Shown here: positions 25,993 through 33,825 of the stretch, piece by piece
How positions within the stretch are numbered: the first letter of the stretch is position 1
Layout: every line of letters begins with the position of its first letter
IMG/VR virus record: IMGVR_UViG_3300040985_000275
Coordinates: 1 to 36,753 of that record
Direction: 5' to 3' (one strand)
Origin: a virus
Lineage: Duplodnaviria; Caudoviricetes
DNA length: 36,753 nt
The notes under the pieces: model-generated
What the model saw: only the letters and a program-made list of their open reading frames with translations
What the model was told of the DNA's origin: nothing
The model's database searches: none
Made by a program: the position numbers and the translations under genes

Positions 25993-26568
25993 CTATGCTA
26001 AACTCGCTTGAGTATTTCCTGCTGCATAAGTAATTGCTCCTGCATATACTCTAGGAGTTTCAAAAGAACTCGCTACTAAAGTAACTGTAGCTCCATTTCC
26101 ATCAACGAAATCAGCTCCACTTGTAGACTCAACTGTCATATGAGCATAAGTTTTATTATACTTCCAATACTCAGAGCCTGCTCCTGTTCCCGGATAAGTT
26201 TCACTAATACCACAAGTTAAACTAACTCCACTTCTAAACTCTCCAACCGCTACTATACATTTGTTTTTCATATTTTCCAATATTGCTGACATTGCTGTAG
26301 TAATATTTGGAATGTACCATTGAACAGTAGTTTCAAATTTAGTAACACCGTTTTCTTTAGAAGAAGTTGTCGCCCAAGTTGCTGTGTTAGGTTTTAATTG
26401 AAACATTGCCCAAGTACCGTATGTAAGGTTTGTATACTCGTGAGTTGTAGCAGATGAAGCAGGAGTAACTGCAGTTAAGTTTTCAATATCTGTTACAAAA
26501 ATATTGTTTAACCCCCCTACTTCTACTAATGCTGCACAATCTAATGCTATACCTGTATCTATTGCCAT
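25993..26568 (-). CDS. Major tail tube protein (putative)
   Basis: 191 aa after the capsid gene; C...VGGLNNIF, ENGVTKFE, SGADFVDGNGATVTL patterns. Confidence 0.65.
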   Translation of the reverse strand: MAIDTGIALDCAALVEVGGLNNIFVTDIENLTAVTPASSATTHEYTNLTYGTWAMFQLKPNTATWATTSSKENGVTKFETTVQWYIPNITTAMSAILENMKNKCIVAVGEFRSGVSLTCGISETYPGTGAGSEYWKYNKTYAHMTVESTSGADFVDGNGATVTLVASSFETPRVYAGAITYAAGNTQASLA

Positions 26569-26591
26569 TTTATTTTATTTTTTTAAGGTTA

Positions 26592-26621
26592 AAGTTGTAG
26601 GGGTTTTTACGCCCCTACTTC
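26592..26621 (-). terminator. Hairpin/terminator after the capsid gene
   Basis: GTAGGGG/CCCCTAC inverted repeat. Confidence 0.6.
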
Positions 26622-26631
26622 TATTAATTGA

Positions 26632-27741
26632 TTATACTAGCATTCCTCCATTTACTAAAGAGTTCCAACCGTATTGGAAGCCCATAGTAAAGTAAGCTCT
26701 AATTTTCATATCTTCTGCTGACTCATCATAGAACATTTTAAAGTTGTTCTCAGGAGCAGTAACATCAGAACCTATAAATAAGTTAGATTTTGCTGCGTAA
26801 ATACACCCTTGAGTTGCTTGAATAGCTGCTCCTGCTGCTGTAAATAATGCAGGTGGTGCTGCTGCTAATGCAGTTAAAGAAGTATCCCATTCGTACATTG
26901 GAACTACCTCAACACCTCTGAATCTTAATTTAGGGTAATTTACACCTGACTGAGCTTCTGAGTGTCCATAATCAACCGCACCTACTGCCGGAGAAACTGC
27001 TGTTAAAGCTCCGTAGTATGCATTGTAGATATTTGGAGTAACGAACATTTTCTTTTCTCCTGCAGGAGTTTGTTGTAATTCTGCGTCTGCACCATCAAAT
27101 ACGCTTCTTAATAACATTTCTGCATCAGTAGGAGAAATTGTAGCACCTACTGCAATTAAATTAGCTGCTGCTGTAGCTGTAGCTGTAAATTCTCTTAATT
27201 GAGTAGCTCCACCGATTGCAGTACCTACAGATAATAATTTCCATAGACCATCTCCCATTGAACCATAAGAACAGTTCGCTGCTGCTACATTTAAGGTTGA
27301 ATCTCCTGCCCACATATTTCTAATTGTATCGTGTGCGATACCTTGCTGAGTTCTTTTTCCAATAATCTCTGCTAATTGAGTTCCATTTAAGTCAGGCATA
27401 TTGATACCTGCTGAATAAGACTCTCTAATAACTTCAGCTTTAAACTCTTCCCAACATTGAGTTTGTTTTACTGAAACATTTTGTACTTCTAAAACTTTTT
27501 GAGTAATATCAAAATCGTTTAAGTTTGCTCCTGTACAAGTGTTAGCACCACATCCTGTATTTACTGCTGTAATATCAGTTAGTTTGTTTGCCATTAAAAT
27601 ATTTTGCTTGTACTTAACATTAGGATAAACTGTATAGTTTCTCATAACATCATCTGAACGGAACATAGGCTCTAAAAGTATGTTAGATGCGTAAGTACCT
27701 ACATATAGTCCTCCTAAGCCGTTTGTTGCTAAATCTGCCAT
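26632..27741 (-). CDS. Major capsid protein
   Basis: 369 aa directly after the protease; PNVKYK, WAGD patterns; followed by a hairpin. Confidence 0.8.
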   Translation of the reverse strand: MADLATNGLGGLYVGTYASNILLEPMFRSDDVMRNYTVYPNVKYKQNILMANKLTDITAVNTGCGANTCTGANLNDFDITQKVLEVQNVSVKQTQCWEEFKAEVIRESYSAGINMPDLNGTQLAEIIGKRTQQGIAHDTIRNMWAGDSTLNVAAANCSYGSMGDGLWKLLSVGTAIGGATQLREFTATATAAANLIAVGATISPTDAEMLLRSVFDGADAELQQTPAGEKKMFVTPNIYNAYYGALTAVSPAVGAVDYGHSEAQSGVNYPKLRFRGVEVVPMYEWDTSLTALAAAPPALFTAAGAAIQATQGCIYAAKSNLFIGSDVTAPENNFKMFYDESAEDMKIRAYFTMGFQYGWNSLVNGGMLV

Positions 27742-27766
27742 TTTCTTTTTCTTTTTTTATTATTAA

Positions 27767-28768
27767 TTATTTTATCCTTGAAGCTAAATTATCAAAGAAA
27801 TTACTATTTGCGTCCTCTACTTTGTTTTCTACTACGGCAGGGTCTGAGTCTGTAGAGGTATCAGTTCCTGTCGCTTCCGACTTGCTTAATAAAGCATTTA
27901 CTCTATTTATTTCTGTAGAAAGAGTTTCTTTTTCTCCTTCTAATTCAATAATAGAATTGTTAAGTGTTAAAATAGTACCTTCTAAATCCGAAAATTTGTT
28001 CATCACATCTTCGTTATCAGTAAGTTTTACTTCAACCTCAACAGACTCAACAGTTTCACGAGTTTCATTACCATCAGTTTTCACTTTAGCAATAATCTCA
28101 TCAACCTTTGAGTTAAACCAAGTTTTTAATTCTTCTGTCATTTTGATTTTCTTTTTTTCTGTTAAACTTAAAATTGTATCCACCTTTTTGTTTGTGATGT
28201 TCTTAAATCTAGAGACATCATATTTTGCAGCTACTTTAATTGGTTCTGAGATGGAATTTACAAAACCTAGTGCTACTGCTTCTTTTGCTGTAAGCCAAGT
28301 CTCCTCATTCATCATTTCTATAACTTTGTCATAAGGAATGTTGGTTTTCTTTACATAAACTTCAGCAATTTCATTTGTGATTTTATCAAGAACATCAGCT
28401 TGTTTTCTCATATCTCTAGCATCTCCTTGAGTTCCTCCCCAAGCATTGTGTATCATAAGTAATGAATTTTCACTCATAATAACCTCGTCTGCCGCTAATG
28501 CTATAACAGAAGCAATACTAGCTGCTATACCCTCAATATAAACTGTTGTTTTTGCTTTTCTTCTTTGAATAATAGAATAAATAGCCATACCTTCAAAAAC
28601 CTCTCCTCCTAAACTATTAATATGGATATTTAATTCTTTGTTATCGTACTCTTTAATCTCATCAATAAAGCTTTGAGCTGTTATTCCGAAAGTACCTATA
28701 TCGTTAAATAAATAAACATCTGAAGTTTCAGATGCATTATTCTTAATTTTATACCATTCTTTTTGCAT
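27767..28768 (-). CDS. ClpP-like prohead protease with C-terminal scaffold region
   Basis: HINSLGGEV, GIAASIAS, LMIHN, ETWLTAKEAVALGFV; coiled-coil C-terminus. Confidence 0.9.
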   Translation of the reverse strand: MQKEWYKIKNNASETSDVYLFNDIGTFGITAQSFIDEIKEYDNKELNIHINSLGGEVFEGMAIYSIIQRRKAKTTVYIEGIAASIASVIALAADEVIMSENSLLMIHNAWGGTQGDARDMRKQADVLDKITNEIAEVYVKKTNIPYDKVIEMMNEETWLTAKEAVALGFVNSISEPIKVAAKYDVSRFKNITNKKVDTILSLTEKKKIKMTEELKTWFNSKVDEIIAKVKTDGNETRETVESVEVEVKLTDNEDVMNKFSDLEGTILTLNNSIIELEGEKETLSTEINRVNALLSKSEATGTDTSTDSDPAVVENKVEDANSNFFDNLASRIK

Positions 28769-28772
28769 TTAA

Positions 28773-28820
28773 CAAAAATACAAATAGTATTAAAACCATT
28801 TACGAAGTTTTAGGAATAAG
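28773..28820 (-). promoter_or_regulatory. Putative late promoter of the head operon
   Basis: TTCCTAAAACTTCG box plus TATTTTTG; the ATG follows within 5 nt. Confidence 0.55.
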
Positions 28821-28823
28821 TTT

Positions 28824-29147
28824 TTAATAACTAATGTTATAGGTAGGCATATGTTTATTTCTATCCTTGTAAACTATAGTCTGAGCCTGCCTCTCAGTTA
28901 TTTCATATTTTATAGATATATCCATAAAAGTATGAGTGCGATTACCTTCATTGCTTACTAATAATTTGTCAAAATCATTAATAATCATATAATTTCTTAC
29001 TTTTTTTGGAGGTATCAATCCTTTTTCAAGTAAATGTAGTATTGTGTCTTTAATTGTAGCGTCTTCAGGTATTCTTAATGTAATCTCCCTCTCCATTAAA
29101 TCTAAATACTCATATACTATTTCTATATCATTCTGTCTTTGTGCCAT
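28824..29147 (-). CDS. Putative Mor/C-like transcription activator
   Basis: 107 aa; RNYMIINDF...ISIKYEITERQAQTIV C-terminal HTH-like pattern. Confidence 0.5.
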   Translation of the reverse strand: MAQRQNDIEIVYEYLDLMEREITLRIPEDATIKDTILHLLEKGLIPPKKVRNYMIINDFDKLLVSNEGNRTHTFMDISIKYEITERQAQTIVYKDRNKHMPTYNISY

Positions 29148-29425
29148 TATTTATTCCATTCAGTATTAATTTGCTTCCAAAATCTTAATACAGCTTGACG
29201 ACATCCACCGCACTTCATACTTTGTTTATGCTGAGGTATGTATTTAGCCCAAAAATGAAAAAGAACTCGCATTAAACCGCTATTATAAGGCTCTTTGTCT
29301 GTTATTTTTTCTATCAAATAAATGTTACTCTGTATCTCTTCTTTATCTTCTTTAGATACCTTAGCCACTATAGACTCCACTAATTTCATATCTGTATTTT
29401 TTTCTAAAGTCCTTGTTCTTCCCAT
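29147..29425 (-). CDS. Hypothetical protein with CxxC
   Basis: 92 aa, CGGC. Confidence 0.65.
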   Translation of the reverse strand: MGRTRTLEKNTDMKLVESIVAKVSKEDKEEIQSNIYLIEKITDKEPYNSGLMRVLFHFWAKYIPQHKQSMKCGGCRQAVLRFWKQINTEWNK

Positions 29426-29613
29426 TTATTTATTGGGCATTTACCAAACCACTCTTTAGTAAGACCTGCTTTAGCTTCTAAAAAGCAAGAACACTTACCA
29501 CATCTTGAGCCTCTTGTTATGATTGGTTTTTTTAGCATTAAAAAATTTCTGTAAAACTCGCATTTTTTACAAACACTTATACGAGCCTCCTTTATGTATT
29601 TATCAACAAACAT
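29404..29613 (-). CDS. Small Cys-rich protein (DUF6171-like)
   Basis: RISVCKKC...RCGKCSC...K...CPINKW. Confidence 0.7.
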   Translation of the reverse strand: MFVDKYIKEARISVCKKCEFYRNFLMLKKPIITRGSRCGKCSCFLEAKAGLTKEWFGKCPINKWEEQGL

Positions 29614-29666
29614 TTGTTAGTATTTTATTGGTTAGCAAATATATAAAATATATTTTAATTTTATAA

Positions 29667-32600
29667 TTAAAAGCTTGCATTGTTCTCTATCGCTCTAACT
29701 TTTCTTTGTGATGTTGTAATATCTGATTCTACTACAACAACCCTACCTCCTCCTCCTTGTGAAGAATTAAATCCTGCTGAATTAAATCTTGCTGAACTAA
29801 AAGAGCTTTTATTTAAAAGACCTCCATCAGCAAACTTAACACCTCCTCCTGCAGCATTCATTGCAGATAATTGACTTCCAAACATTGCCGTACTTCTTTT
29901 ATTAATAACAGCCTCTCCTCCTTCTAATTCAACAACCCTTCCTCCTACTGCAAACTTTTCTCCTCCCTGAGCGTGAGACTTACCAACTACCATTCCTCCA
30001 TCAGCAAATTTTTCTACAATTCCTCCTTTAGCAAATTGCTGAGACTCAATAACTGCTAACTGAGCTACTGTAGCAGCAATAATCATAGGAATAACAAATG
30101 GAGCTAATGTACCTGTTTGTGCAAGCACTTTAGTAATAGCTAAAGCACCATTTATTACAGCCTGCGCTTTTGCTGCGTTTTTCTCCTTTCTAGCAAATTC
30201 TTTATTTAACCTTTCCTCTTCTTCTTTAAGCTTAGTATCTGCTATAAGTTTTTTTCCGTCATAATCAGCTTTAGATATAGATTTATCCTCTAATTGCTTA
30301 TCAAGATACCACATTTCATTATCATAGGTATTTTGCAAGGAATTTAAGGAAGCTTCTTTTTGTCTTGCAAGATTATTAGACATAATAGCAAAGGTAGCAT
30401 TGGCTATTTCTTGAGCAAGCTCAACTTTAAACTGTTTAAGCTCCATATCACTTTCGTGGTCATTGACTTTAATATCCTCATCAACTTTTTCCATCTGTTT
30501 CCTAATCTTCTTCCACTCTTTGCTATAATCTTTATATAGAAGTAATTTTTTCTCCAACATTCTTTTTTCTGCTAGCAACTCCTTTCTTTCTAATTCTAAT
30601 GTAAAATGCTCTTTATCCCTACCTTCCTGAGCTAATCTTCTTTTGGTCATAACAAGACCCTCGTCTAATCTATTTTCTTTTCTTTTTAATTCAGCCCTAT
30701 CTCTTTTTTCTCTAGCCTTAAGTAGTTTAAGTAGGTACTTATCTTTTTGGTCTTCAATATTTTTAAATAATTCAAATTCAGCTTCAGCTAACTCAACCTG
30801 TTTATTGAGAATTGCCATATCTCTTCTTTCTTCATTAGCTATAAACTCAGCAGAAGTCTTGTCGCTTATCGCCACTTTATATGCAGCTAATTCTTTAGTA
30901 AAATTCCTAACAGCTACAGGGTCTACACACTCCCCTGTTATAGAGTCTCTATGCTGCCCTTCAGGACAAGGTTTAGGTTTATTTTTATCAAGTAAATCTT
31001 TTATTTTCCCCCCTGCCTCTATCACTCTATCCTTCCAATAAGCCTCATCTTTACTTTCTGCAGCAATTTCAGCTTGTAGTTTAAGAATCTCATCTGATAT
31101 TAATTTAAAGTCTGCCCAAGCGTCCATATCTTTAATAAACTCTTTAGGTATAGCCCATAAGTTGTTTAGCACTCCTGTACCAAATACAAGCCCTAATTCT
31201 AGTTTTTGCATAAATCCGTCTATCTCCCCATCATCTTCAAAGGTTTTAACTTTTAAGTCAGAAATAAAATCCCACAATGCAGCGGCATCATCCATAGCTA
31301 CATTTGCACCTTCACTAAAAAGGTCTTCATATGATTTTAATTTTCCTAATGGGCTTTTTGCTATCTCTTTCTGTAAATTAAATAAATCATAAGCTCTTTT
31401 TTCTTGGTCTTTATAAAATTGACCTAACCCTTCTTCTGCTACTTGCAGTTGAATTCTTTCTGCAAATTGCTCATTAAGTAATTTTTCAGCTTCATATAAA
31501 GCTTTCGTGTCATTAATATCAGTAAGTTGATAGCCTAAGTATTCAGAGTATTTTCTGTTGATTTCTTTTAGGGCTTTTTCTTTAGTTTGGTCTAAAACTG
31601 TAGATTTTTTTAAAACAGTAAAAAGATTTTGAAATTCTTTAACTTGGTCATTCATTCTATCAGATATTTTTTTATCTGTAGCTCCTGTAAGCATTTCAAT
31701 CCACTCTCTAGTTCCTTTAGTTACTTTGTTTACCCAAGGAGCAATCTTTTCTGAAAGAACCAAAAACAACCCCTCTAACGCTGAGGTAAATCTTTTGAAC
31801 GCTCCCTTAGTAGAATCCTCCATAATAGCACTCATCTCTCTACCTGCTCCTTCTGCATTATTTAAAGCTCCTACATATTGGTCAATAGTATCTACATTTT
31901 CAATCATTGCTTGCATAGCAATAACCTGCCTTTTATCTACAAGTGTTTGCATCTCTAATTGTCCAATTTGAGCAGTTTTTAGCTTCTTTAAAGCCTTAAC
32001 CATATCTTTCGTGCTATTGACTGTAAATCCTATTCTTTTAGCAAGACTAGATGTAGGGTTAGCCATTTTTAAGAATATATTTCTTAAAGATGTACCTGCA
32101 ATAGAGGCTTCAATACCTGTATCAGCTAAAGACCCCATAACAGCAGCAGTCCCTTCAATATCTACTCCAATACTAGCAGCAATAGCAGAAACTTTAGTCA
32201 TAGATGTTTGCCACTTTTCAATATCTAATGCAGAGCTTGTAAATGAAACAGCCATAACATCAACAACTCTAGTTGCTTCAGACGCATCTAATCCAAAACC
32301 TCTAACTGCAGAACCTGCAACCATTGCACTCCTAGCTAAATCACTTCCTGTAGCCATTGCTAAATCTAGTGTAGCCGCCTGTAGATTTAAAATTTGTTCT
32401 GCTGTAAATCCTAACTTAGAAAAGTTTACTTGTAATTCAGCAACTTCTTTAGCGGTAAAGAATGTAGTTCTACCAAGCTCTTTAGCACTTTGCTCAAGCT
32501 TCATAAACTCCTCATTTGTAGCTCCTGATATTGCTCTTACCTTAGCCATAGAGAATTCAAACTCAGTAAAGGTTTTAAATGCAGAAACAAAAACTCTACT

Positions 32601-32918
32601 TAAAGCCCTTACAGTAGCAACAACAGCAGTAATACCTGCAGCCATCTTCAGCATACCTTTAGAGAATCCCGCTCCCCCTTTTTGAGTTTTTCTTTGCTCC
32701 TTATCTAGTTTTGTTAATTCATTTCTATGCTTTCTTACCTTTTGAGTAGCTTTAGTAATTGCTCTTTCTTTATCAATCCACTCTTTCTCTCCTTTTTTAT
32801 TTACAGAAGTAATTTTCTCTTGTTCTTTTTTGAGTTTTTTTAATTCAGCTTTAAGCTTTAAAAGGTCATTTACACCTTTAATCTTTACATTAATTATTTT
32901 TGTTTCTTGTGAAGCCAT
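29667..32918 (-). CDS. Tail tape measure protein (TP901-type)
   Basis: 1083 aa; FEFSMAKVRAISGA, AGTSLRNIF core; long coiled coils; FAxGG repeats. Confidence 0.92.
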   Translation of the reverse strand: MASQETKIINVKIKGVNDLLKLKAELKKLKKEQEKITSVNKKGEKEWIDKERAITKATQKVRKHRNELTKLDKEQRKTQKGGAGFSKGMLKMAAGITAVVATVRALSRVFVSAFKTFTEFEFSMAKVRAISGATNEEFMKLEQSAKELGRTTFFTAKEVAELQVNFSKLGFTAEQILNLQAATLDLAMATGSDLARSAMVAGSAVRGFGLDASEATRVVDVMAVSFTSSALDIEKWQTSMTKVSAIAASIGVDIEGTAAVMGSLADTGIEASIAGTSLRNIFLKMANPTSSLAKRIGFTVNSTKDMVKALKKLKTAQIGQLEMQTLVDKRQVIAMQAMIENVDTIDQYVGALNNAEGAGREMSAIMEDSTKGAFKRFTSALEGLFLVLSEKIAPWVNKVTKGTREWIEMLTGATDKKISDRMNDQVKEFQNLFTVLKKSTVLDQTKEKALKEINRKYSEYLGYQLTDINDTKALYEAEKLLNEQFAERIQLQVAEEGLGQFYKDQEKRAYDLFNLQKEIAKSPLGKLKSYEDLFSEGANVAMDDAAALWDFISDLKVKTFEDDGEIDGFMQKLELGLVFGTGVLNNLWAIPKEFIKDMDAWADFKLISDEILKLQAEIAAESKDEAYWKDRVIEAGGKIKDLLDKNKPKPCPEGQHRDSITGECVDPVAVRNFTKELAAYKVAISDKTSAEFIANEERRDMAILNKQVELAEAEFELFKNIEDQKDKYLLKLLKAREKRDRAELKRKENRLDEGLVMTKRRLAQEGRDKEHFTLELERKELLAEKRMLEKKLLLYKDYSKEWKKIRKQMEKVDEDIKVNDHESDMELKQFKVELAQEIANATFAIMSNNLARQKEASLNSLQNTYDNEMWYLDKQLEDKSISKADYDGKKLIADTKLKEEEERLNKEFARKEKNAAKAQAVINGALAITKVLAQTGTLAPFVIPMIIAATVAQLAVIESQQFAKGGIVEKFADGGMVVGKSHAQGGEKFAVGGRVVELEGGEAVINKRSTAMFGSQLSAMNAAGGGVKFADGGLLNKSSFSSARFNSAGFNSSQGGGGRVVVVESDITTSQRKVRAIENNASF

Positions 32919-32922
32919 ATTA

Positions 32923-33432
32923 TTATATTGTTGCTGTTATTGTAATTGTTTTATCTATCTCTGACTCTCCTAATATTGCATCTACCTGCAATCCTGTTGC
33001 TGCCGCTATTCTTTTAAACATTCCTGACCTCTCAGCAGTTTCAAGAGCATTTCCTATAAATCCTTTAGGGCTTACTGTTCCCTTGTCTCTAATTGATTTT
33101 CTAACTCTATTTGCTATAACTAATGCGCTTTCATTATCAAAAGGAAGCATTTTACCTAGCTTTTGTTTGTTTTTAACCCAAGCTATAAGCTTAAACAAAC
33201 CTACCTTTGTACCCGGTTTAAGACCCTCATCTACTGCTACAGCATAGCCTGCATTATTGGTAATATTTAAAACAAGAGAACCTCCAACCACATCAAATTC
33301 TACATCAAAAGAATTGTATAATTTTCCTGAAGCAATATGCTCTTGAACAATAAGCTCTTGCTGTAAGATACTTTTTAATTGCTCTCCCTCACTAAACAAG
33401 ACTTGCGCTATTTTTTCATATCCGCTACTCAT
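32923..33432 (-). CDS. Putative tail completion protein (HK97 gp10-like)
   Basis: ASGKLYNS, YAVAVDEG, IRDKGT..KGFI motifs. Confidence 0.6.
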   Translation of the reverse strand: MSSGYEKIAQVLFSEGEQLKSILQQELIVQEHIASGKLYNSFDVEFDVVGGSLVLNITNNAGYAVAVDEGLKPGTKVGLFKLIAWVKNKQKLGKMLPFDNESALVIANRVRKSIRDKGTVSPKGFIGNALETAERSGMFKRIAAATGLQVDAILGESEIDKTITITATI

Positions 33433-33824
33433 TATAAAGTTTTACTTCCGTCAGGATTAGTATTTCTACTAGGACGACCATTTATTCTTGTGTTTCTAGG
33501 TATGGGTAAGTTTTTTACTCCTTGATTGCTTACATAGCTTCCTGTGCTTACATCTCCTTCATTTGAATTTCTTACCATTTCTACAAGATTTCCAAACTCA
33601 TCTTTTATTAATACATTTAAAAATACACTCTTAGATTCTCCTAAACTTTCTGTCATAAAAACTTTTCCTTGTTTTTCCCTGACTATACCTGTATTGGTTA
33701 TATGAATATCATTAGAAGTTATAGGATTATTATTATTTCTACCATTATTAGAATTTAAAGGAGCATTGTTATATGAATGCGACCTTTTAGGAATTGTTAT
33801 TACTGCCTGTTCGTTAGTTGCCAT
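33432..33824 (-). CDS. Hypothetical protein
   Basis: 130 aa, packed between tail genes. Confidence 0.7.
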   Translation of the reverse strand: MATNEQAVITIPKRSHSYNNAPLNSNNGRNNNNPITSNDIHITNTGIVREKQGKVFMTESLGESKSVFLNVLIKDEFGNLVEMVRNSNEGDVSTGSYVSNQGVKNLPIPRNTRINGRPSRNTNPDGSKTL

Positions 33825-33825
33825 A

